The position numbers and the translations under genes were made by a program. From positions 1,728,001-1,792,000 of the forward strand of contig CAVSHF010000003.1 of NCBI GenBank assembly GCA_963727805.1: a DNA stretch of 64,000 bases, read 5' to 3'. Under the pieces are notes generated by a model that had not been told where the DNA came from, ran no database searches, and was given only the letters and a program-made list of their open reading frames with translations. Source of the DNA: an uncultured Nitrospiraceae bacterium. GTDB lineage: Bacteria > Nitrospirota > Thermodesulfovibrionia > Thermodesulfovibrionales > Dissulfurispiraceae. This document shows positions 10,899-22,029 of the stretch, one piece after another; the stretch's first letter is position 1, and the number at the start of each line of letters is the position of its first letter.

Positions 10899-12347
10899 GT
10901 GAAAAAATATCTTGTATTAGCACTCGCAGCAATGTTTGTGCTGGGCTTTGCGGCTAGCTCCTTTGCTATCCACGCAGAAATCCCGGCGGAGACACAGGCA
11001 GTCGTATCAGGTGGCTCGACCCAGATCACCATCGGCGGTGAAATAAGGGTCAGAGGTCTTGCGGAAAACAACACAGGCGATTTCAATAGTAACAAGACTA
11101 GCACCGGCGATGCCAATAAGTGGGACCAGAGGGTGAGGCTCCAAGTAGAGGCCAAGGTAACCCCGAATACCACTGGTTTGATCCAGCTGGAAGCTGGTGA
11201 TCCGACTTTAGGCAGCAACACACAAGCTGATATCAGAAACTGGGGTACTGAGACTTCAGGTGCTACGGGTTCTCTCCCGTTTGCCAATGCAAAACAGGAT
11301 GCGATGAGGGTACTCCAGGCCTGGATTCTGCACCAGGGTAGTGGTCTTCTCGGAGTTCCTGCACTGGTCAAGATCGGACATATGCCGATCCAGATCGGTC
11401 AGGCCGGCCTTTTCTATGAGCACACTAAATTTGGCGATGATGCCCTTCTCCTTGGCGTCGACCCGATCAAGGGCCTGCACCTCATCGGCGGTACTGTGAA
11501 GATGTCCGAGGGTAACAGTGCATTGAACGATGATGTCAATGCGTATACCTTCATTGGATCGTATGATGTCAACAAAGACATCAACTTCGGCCTCGATTTG
11601 ACCTATGCAGATGGTCAGAACCTCAATCACGGGAACTCTTTTGGAACCGTTATTAATGATCCTTCCCTTCACCTATGGAACTTAGGCGCCAACGCCAAGG
11701 TGCGGGTAGCCGGACTCGGGATCGCCGCCGACGTAGCCGTCCAGGATGTTAAGATCGTTAACTTAGCTTCAAATACTACTGTTGACAGCAAATTCATGAC
11801 TTTTGCCACCAAGGGTGACCTCGATTACACTATCAAGCCTGTGACCCTTTTGGCTGGAGCCGCATACGGCTCAGGCAACAACGATGCGAGTGGTCTCGGC
11901 CGTAAGGACTTCGTTACCTCGCAGAGCAACATACAGCACTTTACGTTTGTTTATGAGTACCTGACGCCGAACGCAGCCGGTAACACCAGCGGCGGCCTTC
12001 AGAACACTTGGTACCTCAAGGCTGGCGCCAAAGCCGACATCGTGAAGAACCTTGACGCAGCGCTTCAAGTGTATTACCTCAGGGCTATAAATGGCTATCT
12101 GAAGGAAACTGATGCCCTCCATCAGGATACGGATCCTAGCGGGATTGGCAAAAGCAAGGCCATCGGTACAGAAATTGACGGAAACATCAACTTCCAGATC
12201 GACAGAAACCTGAAGTATTATGTAGAGGGCGGTTACCTCTTTGCAGGAAACTTCTGGAAGTATGCTACCCCAGTTGATTCCACAGATCACCACAAGAGCC
12301 CGGATGATGCATGGGCAATCAGGCACGGCATTCAGCTCAGCTTCTAA
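10899..12347 (+). CDS. Outer-membrane beta-barrel porin (alginate-export/major porin-like)
   Basis: Signal peptide MKKYLVLALAAMFVLGFAASSFA, amphipathic beta-strands, GTEIDG motif, C-terminal aromatic residue (GIQLSF); RBS GGAGG. Confidence 0.8.
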   Translation: MKKYLVLALAAMFVLGFAASSFAIHAEIPAETQAVVSGGSTQITIGGEIRVRGLAENNTGDFNSNKTSTGDANKWDQRVRLQVEAKVTPNTTGLIQLEAGDPTLGSNTQADIRNWGTETSGATGSLPFANAKQDAMRVLQAWILHQGSGLLGVPALVKIGHMPIQIGQAGLFYEHTKFGDDALLLGVDPIKGLHLIGGTVKMSEGNSALNDDVNAYTFIGSYDVNKDINFGLDLTYADGQNLNHGNSFGTVINDPSLHLWNLGANAKVRVAGLGIAADVAVQDVKIVNLASNTTVDSKFMTFATKGDLDYTIKPVTLLAGAAYGSGNNDASGLGRKDFVTSQSNIQHFTFVYEYLTPNAAGNTSGGLQNTWYLKAGAKADIVKNLDAALQVYYLRAINGYLKETDALHQDTDPSGIGKSKAIGTEIDGNINFQIDRNLKYYVEGGYLFAGNFWKYATPVDSTDHHKSPDDAWAIRHGIQLSF

Positions 12348-12387
12348 ATTCTCAATGCGCCATGCGTAAAGCATGACGCGATGATTC

Positions 12388-12423
12388 AAAAGAACGGCTG
12401 TCCGAAAGGGCAGCCGTTCTTTT
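12388..12423 (+). terminator. Intrinsic terminator (likely bidirectional)
   Basis: AAAAGAACGGCTGTCC-GAAA-GGGCAGCCGTTCTTTT. Confidence 0.85.
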
Positions 12424-12435
12424 GTGTGTATCGTT

Positions 12436-12471
12436 AACAAAAGGGCGCACCTATAGGTGCGCCCTTTTGTT
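12436..12471. terminator. Perfect 36-bp palindrome, second terminator
   Basis: AACAAAAGGGCGCACCTATAGGTGCGCCCTTTTGTT is its own reverse complement and is followed by Ts. Confidence 0.75.
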
Positions 12472-13605
12472 TTTGGTCTTGCGTGGTCAGACCAGAAACG
12501 CAGGACTGTCCCAACAAGCCTGACGATAATGCGGGACAGGCGAACACATAGATTCACCTCTACATAAGTTTGTTCATGGTTCAAAACAACGACCACAAAC
12601 GAACATATGCGTGGCGCAAAATTACACTACGGACATCCATTCCCCGGCAAATTATGGTAGCGCAATTATTACGAACATGTTATTTGCAACTAAACTGAAA
12701 TGAATGAAACTCATCCCGGCTAAGGCCCGGAGTTTCTTCGCTCAATCGGAGGTGCAATGGCGCTCATTGGCACGGCAGAACAAAACATGGGGATTGCACG
12801 TCTATGCGGCGAAGATACATGTTCAATGGGCTCCATACGCAGCCTTTAGGACAGCTACCCATTTTTTTATAGAGTTTCCAGGAGTCAGCGGACTGTTTGA
12901 TGCATTTATGTGAGAATATCCTTTGCAATATAGCGGTCCGAACGCACCAGCTATAACTTTGATGAGTTGAAAAACCAGTGGAGCTGGAGTGGTAACACGA
13001 CATAAGACTCAAAGCGATGTCGAATCATCAGCCATAGGGTTGCTCTTGTCTGCAACTAGCGGTCGCTGCTTGTCGGTCTGACAAATCCGAATAAACATCA
13101 CGAGGCAATTACCAGTCGTCCGTCATTATTACATGCAGTCGTCAAACAAACAATCCATGCAGGGCCAATCATTTCTGACTGTTACAAGCAACCATGCCGA
13201 GTCGGGAAAAGTTCAAGATATGTTGCGAAATCCACCGCATTTTCTAGGGCAGGTTAAAGTTGCTGCAGAGCAGTTGAGTATTGCCGCTCGAGTAAAAGTC
13301 ATCGGGATGCATGCTTTCAGGAAACTTATCGACGCTTTGGAGGCAATTCTGGTAAACCGGTTTAAAGGTTGCCTCAAACTGGTAAATCATGATCCTCGGC
13401 TGCCGTCTTTTGGATAATGAATAATCCGGCTAACTGGACAGATGACAAAGATTACCCATTGGATCAAATGTCGGGGCGTACCTATGTTTACGCTATCTAC
13501 GTTTCAGGGCAGGCACACAGGTCTGCCGCTACAAATCACCAGATTATTGTACCTATGGGCATAATACAATACGCCCGTACGTTACACATCCCGTATCATC
13601 AATAA

Positions 13606-14355
13606 TCAATAATTCATTATCTCCAGGTAATCCTTCAGGTCCGTTTCTTCCTCTCCCTTTGCGGTATACAATCTCTCCTTGATATCGGCGATCTTCTTAT
13701 CTCTGTCGCCTCTGTAATCCTGATCGATCTCAACGGCCCTATCCATTATCTCGGCGGCATCGCCGTATTTCTCCAGCTTGTTATAGGCAAGCGCCATTGC
13801 GTAATACGGGAGCGAAAATGATTTGTCTCGTCTGATCGCATCCTTGAATGCATCAACCGCCTTGTCATAATCACCTAGACGATAGTAGGACATCCCCAAG
13901 TTGTAAAAGGCCCACTCGGGTGTCTGATAGAGCAGATTTGCGAGCGCCTTCTGAAATGCCTCCACTGCCTCCTTCCATTGCTTGAGCCGCATATAGGTTG
14001 CGCCGAGATTATTATAAGCATTCGCAAATTGAGGGTCCAGCCTAACGGCCTTAAGAAAATATTGTCTGGCATTGGCATAGTCCTCAAGTTCGAAATAGAC
14101 AAGCCCGAGGTTATATACGATCTCCTTGTTGTTCGGTTCCATTTGTATCGCTTTCTGGAACTCGACAAAGGCAAGCTGCACCTTACCTTCATTAAGATAC
14201 GCCATACCCATTTTATTATGGTAAGCAGCCTCCTTAGGTTGCGCAATCTCGGAGGAAGAGATGCATCCACCAGTGGATAACACTACCGTAAGGAGTGCAG
14301 CTAATATGCTTGCGATAGTCAGGCTCGTCATATGGTGCCAGATATTTTCTTTCAT
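13606..14355 (-). CDS. TPR lipoprotein, type IV pilus pilotin PilF/Tgl-like
   Basis: Hydrophobic leader with a lipobox-like GGC; TPRs; ALANLLYQTPEWAFYNLG matches PilF/Tgl-type repeats. Confidence 0.7.
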   Translation of the reverse strand: MKENIWHHMTSLTIASILAALLTVVLSTGGCISSSEIAQPKEAAYHNKMGMAYLNEGKVQLAFVEFQKAIQMEPNNKEIVYNLGLVYFELEDYANARQYFLKAVRLDPQFANAYNNLGATYMRLKQWKEAVEAFQKALANLLYQTPEWAFYNLGMSYYRLGDYDKAVDAFKDAIRRDKSFSLPYYAMALAYNKLEKYGDAAEIMDRAVEIDQDYRGDRDKKIADIKERLYTAKGEEETDLKDYLEIMNY

Positions 14356-14413
14356 AGGTTCAGTTTAAATCATTTCACCTGTCTTGTCTACAGAATGATG
14401 CGGGAGCGACTTC

Positions 14414-17400
14414 TCACCTCTGAAGCGAGGTACTCAATTCAATTAATAATTTTTCCACTGCATACATCGATTCTTCGGATGGCATGCCTTGTGTACTGAA
14501 TTCGAATCCGTCCTGTAGAAAGAGTAATCGCCTGCCTTTTTTTAAATTCCTCTGGATCTCGAAAAGTGCCCTGAGCACCCTGTCGGCAAAGTCTTCGGGC
14601 AATTGATATTTTCTGCCGCTTTCATCCTTTCCGACGGTGAAGCGATAACGGCCGTCAATAGCCATAACCTTTCCGATAAAAAGTAGCTTTGCAAGCATTT
14701 TTATCCTGATCACATGAATCAGCCTCTGCACTTCTTCTGGCATCACGCCAAAGCGATCAGTCATCTCCGCGCTAAAATCGTCAAGCTCTTCGAGAGATTT
14801 TATCGAGGTGAGGCGCTTATACATGCTCAGCCTGAGCGCCATATCGGATATATACTCCTCGGGAATAAAGGCGGCGAGGCGAAGCTTTATCTGCGGTTCG
14901 ATCTCCTCCTGTATTTCTTCACCCTTCAGTTCCGCGACGGCCTTTTCGAGCATCTCCAGATACATGTCGAAACCGACCTTGTATATATGACCCGACTGCT
15001 CCCCGCCGAGTAGATTGCCGGCGCCCCGTATTTCAAGGTCCTTTAACGCGAGCCTGAAACCAGCCCCCAGATAGCTCATCTCCTGGATCGCCTGAAGCCT
15101 CTTTTTCGCGTCATCGGTGAGGATATCCTCTCCTGGGATCAGAAAGTAGGCATAGGCCTGGATAGCGCCTCTCCCTACCCGGCCCCTCAACTGATAAAGG
15201 TCAGACAGGCCGAAGGTATCGGCTCGATCGATTATGATGGTGTTTGCCGTAGGGATATCAAGGCCGGAACCGATGATGGCCGTTGAAACCAGCACATCGA
15301 TCTGCCTGTCGAGAAATGCAAGCATGATATTTTCGAGCTGGTGTTCCGCCATCTGTCCGTGGGCATAAGAAGTCCTCGCCTCCGGGACCAGCTTTTTGAC
15401 ATATGACACGACCCTTTCGATGTCTCGTATTCTGTTGTGGACAAAAAAGACCTGCCCTTCGCGTTTCAGCTCCCGCTCGATTGCTTCCCTGATCGTCCTG
15501 TCGTTGTGGCGAGTGACAACGCTCCGCACTGCAAGCCTTTCTTCGGGAGGCGTCTCAATAGTTGACATTTCGCGTATACCAGATAGTGACATGTGAAGAG
15601 TCCGCGGTATTGGCGTCGCAGTAAGCGTAATGATATCGACACCCTTTCTAAGCTCCTTTAGACGCTCCTTCTGGGCCACGCCGAAACGGTGCTCTTCATC
15701 GATGATGAGGAGTCCTAAGTCTTGGAAATGAATCGTTTTGTTGAGCAGCATGTGGGTGCCGATAATGATGTCAATCTGCCCTTTTGCTAAAGCCGCGATA
15801 CTCCTTTTCACCCCTCCCGAATCCTTGAAGCGGCTGAGATAATCAATCTTGACCGGGAAAGCTGCGAACCTCGACCTGAAGGTGCGGTAATGCTGCTCCG
15901 CAAGCAGTGTTGTGGGCACCAGGACAGCCACCTGCTTGCCGTCATAGACCGCCCTGAACGCGGCTTTTATCGCCACTTCGGTCTTGCCGTATCCGACGTC
16001 GCCGCAGATAAGCATATCCATTGGCTGGTCGGATTGCATATGCTTCTTGATCGCATCAACGGCCTTTATCTGGTCTTCGGTTTCCTCATAGGGGAAGAAG
16101 TCGTCGAATTCCACATGTAGCGGTGTATCCTCACTAAAGACATATCCCCGTGATACCTTTCTTTCCGCATAGAGCTTAAGAAGTTTGTCGGTCATCTCCA
16201 TGACGCTCTTCTTCACCTTCTGCTTCGTCGTCTGCCATCTTTTCCCGCCGATCCTATCAAGGGCAGGGACATGGTCTTCGCCCGCGCTGTATTTCTTTAG
16301 CTTTTCGATGCCCTGAAAAGGCAGGTAGAGCCTGTCTCCGCCAGCATATTCGAGCGTGATAAGGTCTTGCTCGTAATCCTCTATCTTCTCTCGCTGGAGT
16401 CCAATGAACTTCCCAATACCATGGTCTCTGTGGACGACAAAGTCTCCGGGTTTAAGATCGTCGATAGTCAGCAGAAGCCTTGAAAGCCTTGATTTCCTGA
16501 TCGGCCTGTAGGCGGGTTGCTCCCCGAAGATCTCCCTGCCAGAAAGCAACAGCAACTCCGGAAGGTGCATACCCCCCGAAAGCGCTCCATGAGTGAGGCA
16601 AAGAACACCTTCATACGAACACACAACCTTGCTGTCGATAAAAGGGGCAATGAGACTTATTCCCGCGAGCAGATCCCTGAGCCTGTCAATCTGCCCCATC
16701 GATGCCAGTACGATGACCACTTTCTTATTCATTTTATTCATCCGCGATAGAGCATCTGCAATATCATCTACAGACCGCCTTTCTTCGGGCAGGATGCCTA
16801 GTCCCGCCATCGGTATCGCACCCGCATCGATACCTTCGCCGGCTAGGGCATAGTGGGAAAAAACAGTGAGCAATCCGTCGCTTCCCCGCAGTCTACGGTG
16901 AGGGTGGGTAGGGGTACCCTCTTCTGTGAGCCCGGGCGCGATCTTTCCGTTCACAAAGACTGTGGCTTCGGGCATCAGCATAATCACTGAATTTGCGAAA
17001 TCGATGCCACCATCTTCCTTTTCTGGCAAAGTTTCGAAAGCCGGATAAATCGTCAGTTCCTTCATCCTTTTTACCGACCGTTGCGTTTCAATATCGAAGG
17101 TCCTGATCAAATCTATCTCGTCGCCAAAGAATTCGACCCTGACCGGCAGGTCTTCAGTCACAGGATAGATATCGAAAAGCCAGCCCCTCTCGGCATATTC
17201 GCCCTTTTCCATAACGATATTCACCTTCCGGTAGCCGAGGTCCTCGAGCATCATCTTCATCAACTCCCGGTCGATCGAGAGTCCTTTGGAGATGTCAAAG
17301 GCTTCTTGCGCAAGAAGGCCAGTATTTAGAGCAGCAACTGAGGTAACAATGCGCTCTATCTTGCCCGAAGCAAGTTTATTGATTATCCGCGCCCTCTCGC

Positions 17401-17719
17401 CGATAAGTTCGGGGGAGGAAGGAGGGGGGAAATAATCGCAACGTGCGTCCTGCCGTCCACACACCGAGGCAAAATAGAACATATCATGACAGAGCAATTC
17501 CGCATGCTCAGGCGTGTCTTCTATTACTAATAAACGGCTATCGCAATGGAGCAGAAGTGCTGCAAGGTGAGGCACTTTAACATTGTAAATCCGCCTCTCA
17601 GCAGCGTCATCAAGCCGCTCAAAGACCTCTTGGGAATGTGTTGCAAGCAATCGTTGCAGGGTATTGTTGTGATTGAGAGAAGGAGTCATCGTCTCTTTAT
17701 TATAAACAATGCAAGGCAC
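14414..17719 (-). CDS. mfd: Transcription-repair coupling factor (start may be 17689)
   Basis: [12 protein letters not shown] (RID domain), [46 protein letters not shown]. Confidence 0.96.
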   Translation of the reverse strand: MPCIVYNKETMTPSLNHNNTLQRLLATHSQEVFERLDDAAERRIYNVKVPHLAALLLHCDSRLLVIEDTPEHAELLCHDMFYFASVCGRQDARCDYFPPPSSPELIGERARIINKLASGKIERIVTSVAALNTGLLAQEAFDISKGLSIDRELMKMMLEDLGYRKVNIVMEKGEYAERGWLFDIYPVTEDLPVRVEFFGDEIDLIRTFDIETQRSVKRMKELTIYPAFETLPEKEDGGIDFANSVIMLMPEATVFVNGKIAPGLTEEGTPTHPHRRLRGSDGLLTVFSHYALAGEGIDAGAIPMAGLGILPEERRSVDDIADALSRMNKMNKKVVIVLASMGQIDRLRDLLAGISLIAPFIDSKVVCSYEGVLCLTHGALSGGMHLPELLLLSGREIFGEQPAYRPIRKSRLSRLLLTIDDLKPGDFVVHRDHGIGKFIGLQREKIEDYEQDLITLEYAGGDRLYLPFQGIEKLKKYSAGEDHVPALDRIGGKRWQTTKQKVKKSVMEMTDKLLKLYAERKVSRGYVFSEDTPLHVEFDDFFPYEETEDQIKAVDAIKKHMQSDQPMDMLICGDVGYGKTEVAIKAAFRAVYDGKQVAVLVPTTLLAEQHYRTFRSRFAAFPVKIDYLSRFKDSGGVKRSIAALAKGQIDIIIGTHMLLNKTIHFQDLGLLIIDEEHRFGVAQKERLKELRKGVDIITLTATPIPRTLHMSLSGIREMSTIETPPEERLAVRSVVTRHNDRTIREAIERELKREGQVFFVHNRIRDIERVVSYVKKLVPEARTSYAHGQMAEHQLENIMLAFLDRQIDVLVSTAIIGSGLDIPTANTIIIDRADTFGLSDLYQLRGRVGRGAIQAYAYFLIPGEDILTDDAKKRLQAIQEMSYLGAGFRLALKDLEIRGAGNLLGGEQSGHIYKVGFDMYLEMLEKAVAELKGEEIQEEIEPQIKLRLAAFIPEEYISDMALRLSMYKRLTSIKSLEELDDFSAEMTDRFGVMPEEVQRLIHVIRIKMLAKLLFIGKVMAIDGRYRFTVGKDESGRKYQLPEDFADRVLRALFEIQRNLKKGRRLLFLQDGFEFSTQGMPSEESMYAVEKLLIELSTSLQR

Positions 17720-17720
17720 A

Positions 17721-17767
17721 TAATCCCTCCTCTATCCTCGCCTTATAAAAGGGGGGGAGTAGGATTA
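17721..17767. repeat. Pyrimidine/purine hairpin between nifS and mfd
   Basis: TAATCC-CTCCTCT...GGGGGAG-TA-GGATTA imperfect inverted repeat. Confidence 0.4.
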
Positions 17768-17772
17768 ATACC

Positions 17773-18945
17773 CTAACACTTGATGGCTCGATCCTTGCCG
17801 TACGGGGAGAGCGTTCTCAACTCTTTAATTATGGGGGGCATAATCTCAATGACCTTCTCGATCTCTTCTTCAGTGTTGTAGCGGCTTAAAGAGAACCTTA
17901 TGGAGCCGTGGATTGCAGTATAAGGAATCCCCATTGCCCGCAACACATGGCTCGGCTCAAGGGCGCCTGAGGTGCAAGCAGAACCAGATGACGCGCAGAT
18001 ACCATATTCGTCGATTCTGAGTAATATGGCTTCTCCCTCGACATATTCGAAGCTGATGTTGGTCGTATTCGGAAGCCGGTGGACGGTGTCGCCGTTAACA
18101 CGGGGGTCTGGGCATTTTTCGAGGAGAGCCTTTTCCAGCTTGTCCCTCAATCGCGCCATATGAACCGCCTCTATCTCAAGGTTCTCAAGGGCGAGTTCAC
18201 AGGCCTTCCCGAAAGCGATAATACTTGGGACATTTTCGGTACCGGCTCTTCTGCCACGCTCCTGATGCCCTCCGATGAGATAAGGATAAAACCGCGTGCC
18301 CTTTCTCACGTACAACGCGCCAATACCTTTCGGTGCATGGAGCTTGTGGCCGGAAATGGACAGCATGTCCGTAGGAAGGCTCTTCACATTTATCGAGATC
18401 TTCCCCGCCGTCTGGACGGTATCGGTATGGAAGAGAATGTTTCTCTCTTTGAGTAGCGAGCCGATCTCTTCTATCGGGAAAATAACTCCAGTTTCGTTAT
18501 TGGCATGCATGATCGAAACAACCGCGGTATTGTCATCAAGCGTCTTCAAAAAATAATCCATGTCGAATAGTCCCTGATTGTCAACAGGTACAAAAGAGAC
18601 GCGGTAGCCCTTGCGTGCAAGATGCTTTGCAAAATTCAACACCGCTGGATGTTCGACCCTTGAGGTAATAATATGCTTTTTGCTTGGAAATGACTCCACG
18701 GCGCTCATGATAGCTGTATTGTCGCTTTCGGTGCCGCAACTCGTAAAGATAATCTCTTCAGGTTCAGCCCCAATAAGTGCGGCAACCTTTGCCCTTGCCT
18801 CTTCCACATTCCGGTGGAGTCGACCTCCGAAGATATGCATACTCGACGGATTACCATACAACTCATGGAGATAGGGAAGCAGGGCTTCGGCAACCTCTGG
18901 AGCCACTGCGGTTGTCGCATTATTGTCGAGATAGATAGGGTTCAT
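17773..18945 (-). CDS. nifS: Cysteine desulfurase NifS/IscS
   Basis: YLDNNATT, SISGHKLH (PLP Lys), SSGSACTS (catalytic Cys); directly downstream of nifU. Confidence 0.93.
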   Translation of the reverse strand: MNPIYLDNNATTAVAPEVAEALLPYLHELYGNPSSMHIFGGRLHRNVEEARAKVAALIGAEPEEIIFTSCGTESDNTAIMSAVESFPSKKHIITSRVEHPAVLNFAKHLARKGYRVSFVPVDNQGLFDMDYFLKTLDDNTAVVSIMHANNETGVIFPIEEIGSLLKERNILFHTDTVQTAGKISINVKSLPTDMLSISGHKLHAPKGIGALYVRKGTRFYPYLIGGHQERGRRAGTENVPSIIAFGKACELALENLEIEAVHMARLRDKLEKALLEKCPDPRVNGDTVHRLPNTTNISFEYVEGEAILLRIDEYGICASSGSACTSGALEPSHVLRAMGIPYTAIHGSIRFSLSRYNTEEEIEKVIEIMPPIIKELRTLSPYGKDRAIKC

Positions 18946-18951
18946 TTCTTG

Positions 18952-19782
18952 TTAGTGTGCCTCCACCACGATATCTTCGCTGATGAGTTCCTTGAGTTTC
19001 TGCTCGATGCTCTGGACTGTCACGCCCCCCATTGGGCATGAAACGCACATCGCGCGAAGGGCTATGATGACCTTGCTGCCTTCGACATCGAGGAGTTCAA
19101 GGTCGCCTCCATCGGCCTGGAGCTTGGGCCTTATCTCCCTTTCGAGCACGTCCTGGATCAGTGCGATCTTCTGAAGGTTTGTAAGCTTCTTATGCTCTTT
19201 GGGTTTCGGCACTTCTTTGAGTGCCCAAATGTCCTTGAGAATTGCCTCTATATCGGGAATGCATGTGCCGCAGCCCCCTCCAGCCTTTGTAAAATCAGAA
19301 ATCTCTTCAACGGTCATAAGATGGTTCTCGATGGCAACACGCCTTATCTTTTCTTCAGAGACGTCGAAGCACTTGCAGACAATCCGTTCCTCAGTCTCTG
19401 CAGGCTTTTGCTCTCCCTTGTAACTCGCTATGGCTGCTTCAAGCGCCTCTTGCCCCATGACGGAACAATGCATCTTCTCCTTCGGGAGTCCACCGAGGAA
19501 CTCGGCGATATCCTGATTCGTAATCTTCTCAGCCTCATCTAGGGTTTTCCCTTTGAGCAGCTCGGTGAGGGCAGAAGAACTCGCTATCGCGGATGCGCAG
19601 CCAAAGGTCTGGAATTTAGCGTCGATGATCTTCCCCGTGTCTTTGTCGATCTTAAGGGTAAGCCGCAGGGCATCTCCGCAGACGATGCTGCCCACTTCTC
19701 CGACAGCATCTGGATTTTCGACTTCACCGACATTCTTTGGATGAAGAAATAAGTCTCTAACTTTATCGGTATATTCCCACAT
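18952..19782 (-). CDS. nifU: Three-domain Fe-S scaffold NifU
   Basis: CGD, FGCASA and KMHCS (IscU domain); CKC...GGGCGTC (BFD-like); DGGD...CVSC (Nfu domain). Start taken at MWEY. Confidence 0.93.
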   Translation of the reverse strand: MWEYTDKVRDLFLHPKNVGEVENPDAVGEVGSIVCGDALRLTLKIDKDTGKIIDAKFQTFGCASAIASSSALTELLKGKTLDEAEKITNQDIAEFLGGLPKEKMHCSVMGQEALEAAIASYKGEQKPAETEERIVCKCFDVSEEKIRRVAIENHLMTVEEISDFTKAGGGCGTCIPDIEAILKDIWALKEVPKPKEHKKLTNLQKIALIQDVLEREIRPKLQADGGDLELLDVEGSKVIIALRAMCVSCPMGGVTVQSIEQKLKELISEDIVVEAH

Positions 19783-19942
19783 GCATTCATTTTTACATAA
19801 AGACCAGCTTCTGTTCAATAAATATTTGAAGCATCGGGGTTATTTTCGCAGGAAGACAGATTGTGTAATCACATGACATTGACAACATTGAAGATCAAAA
19901 ATTAACCTAGTTGCAGTGCATTTCACTTTGTAAGGAGTCTCT

Positions 19943-20725
19943 TTGAAAGAGCTTATCCCTTTTAATAACGGATCATATAGAACGAAAACAGTTAGGACAT
20001 CCCTTTTTGCCCGTCTCTTTCCTGAAATAGATTTTTACTCAAATCTCACGAGGATCGTCTTCAGATCAAGCTCGCAGGCCAAACATGGCCGTTACGGAAA
20101 TGAAGAGTGGGCCACAAGCAGTCGTGAAGTGATGCAGATGCTTGAAAACGTGGGGATCACCTTCAATGTCACAGGAATAGATAATTTCAGCGGCCTTGCG
20201 GGTCCTTGCGTTTTTATCGGCAATCACATGAGCGCACTTGAGACCTTTGCCCTGCCCTGCATAATCGAACCGATTAAGGATGTGACCTTTGTGGTGAAGC
20301 AGAGTCTCATCGATTATCCTATTTTCAGATATGTCATGCGGTCGAGGAATCCAATCGTTGTCGGCCGCACCAATCCCCGGGATGACCTGAGGGCCGTGCT
20401 CGAAGGGGGGGCGCAGATTTTATCTGGCGGCAGATCACTCGTCATCTTCCCGCAAACGACAAGAACGCCAGTCTTCGATCCGAAGGAGTTCAATACCATC
20501 GGCATTAAACTCGCGAAGAGGGCCAACGTGCCGGTCGTACCAATTGCACTCAAGACCGATGCATGGGGAAACGGCAACATGCTGAAGGATTTCGGTACAA
20601 TAGACCCGTCGAATAAAGTCTATTTCAGTTTCGGCAAACCGATGCCAATCAAGGAAAGGGGCGTCGAAGAGCATAATGCGATCATCACTTTTATCGAGGA
20701 ACATTTGAAAGAGTGGAACTCGTAG
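19943..20725 (+). CDS. 1-acyl-sn-glycerol-3-phosphate (lysophospholipid) acyltransferase family
   Basis: NHMSALE (NHxxxxD/E), FVVK, IFPQTTR, VPVVPIAL. Confidence 0.85.
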   Translation: MKELIPFNNGSYRTKTVRTSLFARLFPEIDFYSNLTRIVFRSSSQAKHGRYGNEEWATSSREVMQMLENVGITFNVTGIDNFSGLAGPCVFIGNHMSALETFALPCIIEPIKDVTFVVKQSLIDYPIFRYVMRSRNPIVVGRTNPRDDLRAVLEGGAQILSGGRSLVIFPQTTRTPVFDPKEFNTIGIKLAKRANVPVVPIALKTDAWGNGNMLKDFGTIDPSNKVYFSFGKPMPIKERGVEEHNAIITFIEEHLKEWNS

Positions 20726-20734
20726 CGGGTACCT

Positions 20735-21955
20735 TTACGAGAAGATCACCATTAATATACGATCGATATCCTTTAGCGTATCAATCATCCCCGCTGCTTC
20801 AGCAGGCATGAGTTCATCGGCTTTAAGCTCCGAGATAATTCTAGATAGCCCGTCGACGGCGCCTTTGACATCCAGGTCATTATCCATATTATCGACAAAC
20901 GTCTTTTTCAGCATGGCGACTATCTTCCCTTCGACCGGCGCTGAGCGCCTCGCATGTTTCCTGATCGTTTCGACTAGTTCTTTGAACTCCCTCAGCTTCC
21001 TGGCAGCTGCTTCCACGCCCTCGGCTGAAAAGTTCATTTCACTCCGGTAACGACCGTAAATAAGTAAAAACCGTATCTCTTCAACCGAATACCCCTGCGA
21101 CAAAAGGGTATCAACATAAACAATATTCCCTTTACTCTTCGACATTTTCTGCCCATTCACGAGTAAGTGATGCCCATGGAGCCAATATCGCGCCATCGGG
21201 AAAGGCCTTATCGATTCCAGAATCGCGAGGGTGTAATCGTGGTGCCGGTAAAGATTGTCGATGCCGCCGCAATAGATCGAGAGTGTCTCACTGAAATAAT
21301 CGACGATCATGCTTGGGTCCTGGATATTCCACGAGGGCCTGCCTTTGCCGATCTTCGTGTCCCAATAGACCTCGTCCCCGTCTTTGTATCCATGCCACAG
21401 GATGAAATCCCCGAGGTTCCATTGGATGCCTGGGTAGGTATCTTTGTGGTATCTCCTCTTGCTCTTCGGCCATTTGGACATGTCGAGTCCGAAGAGTTTC
21501 CCGAACCCCTCGAACTTCAGAGGGTCGAAATAAACATTTCCGTGATACCAGTAGGCGATATCGCGTTCGAGCAGGTCCCGAATTATACCTACGGCCTGAT
21601 CGACATGGTCCGAAGCCCTCGGCATAAGGTCTGGCACCTTTACTTTCAGGAGCTTCATTTCACCGACAAACTTTTTGATATTTCTGTCTGTGAGCTTCCG
21701 AACGCTGACGGATTCCTTCTTCGCCTCGCTCATCACCTTGTCCTCAACATCGGTGATGTTCATGCCACGCTTGACGCTATAGCCTAGATATCCGAGATAG
21801 CGGACGAGTATATCTTCGAAAAGAAAAGTCCTCATATTGCCGATATGGGCGCGCTGGTATACCGATGGGCCACAGGTAAAAATACTGACCAAGTCAGGGT
21901 CGACCGGTTTGAAGGTCTCAATCTTTTTCCCAAAGGTATTGAAGAGCTTAAGCAT
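20735..21955 (-). CDS. Cysteinyl-tRNA-synthetase paralog with altered Zn site and no anticodon-binding domain
   Basis: TCGPSVY, HIGN, NITDV, DFILW and KMSKS present. GRPSWNIQD replaces GRPGWHIEC, and RHHDYT replaces PHHENE. Protein is 406 aa and ends after the DALR-like helices. Confidence 0.8.
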   Translation of the reverse strand: MLKLFNTFGKKIETFKPVDPDLVSIFTCGPSVYQRAHIGNMRTFLFEDILVRYLGYLGYSVKRGMNITDVEDKVMSEAKKESVSVRKLTDRNIKKFVGEMKLLKVKVPDLMPRASDHVDQAVGIIRDLLERDIAYWYHGNVYFDPLKFEGFGKLFGLDMSKWPKSKRRYHKDTYPGIQWNLGDFILWHGYKDGDEVYWDTKIGKGRPSWNIQDPSMIVDYFSETLSIYCGGIDNLYRHHDYTLAILESIRPFPMARYWLHGHHLLVNGQKMSKSKGNIVYVDTLLSQGYSVEEIRFLLIYGRYRSEMNFSAEGVEAAARKLREFKELVETIRKHARRSAPVEGKIVAMLKKTFVDNMDNDLDVKGAVDGLSRIISELKADELMPAEAAGMIDTLKDIDRILMVIFS

Positions 21956-22029
21956 TGAGGTCTCCTGTCCTAATAAAAAAGCTATCTTTCTAATTTACCT
22001 CATTACACTAAAAAACAGAAGTCGGCGGC

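Noticed and set aside
11871..12596. 241-aa minus-strand ORF
   Set aside because: Antisense to the porin and runs through its terminators.
20735..21955. Calling this gene canonical cysS or mshC
   Set aside because: Two of four Zn ligands are changed and the anticodon domain is missing; MshC keeps the WHIEC cysteine.
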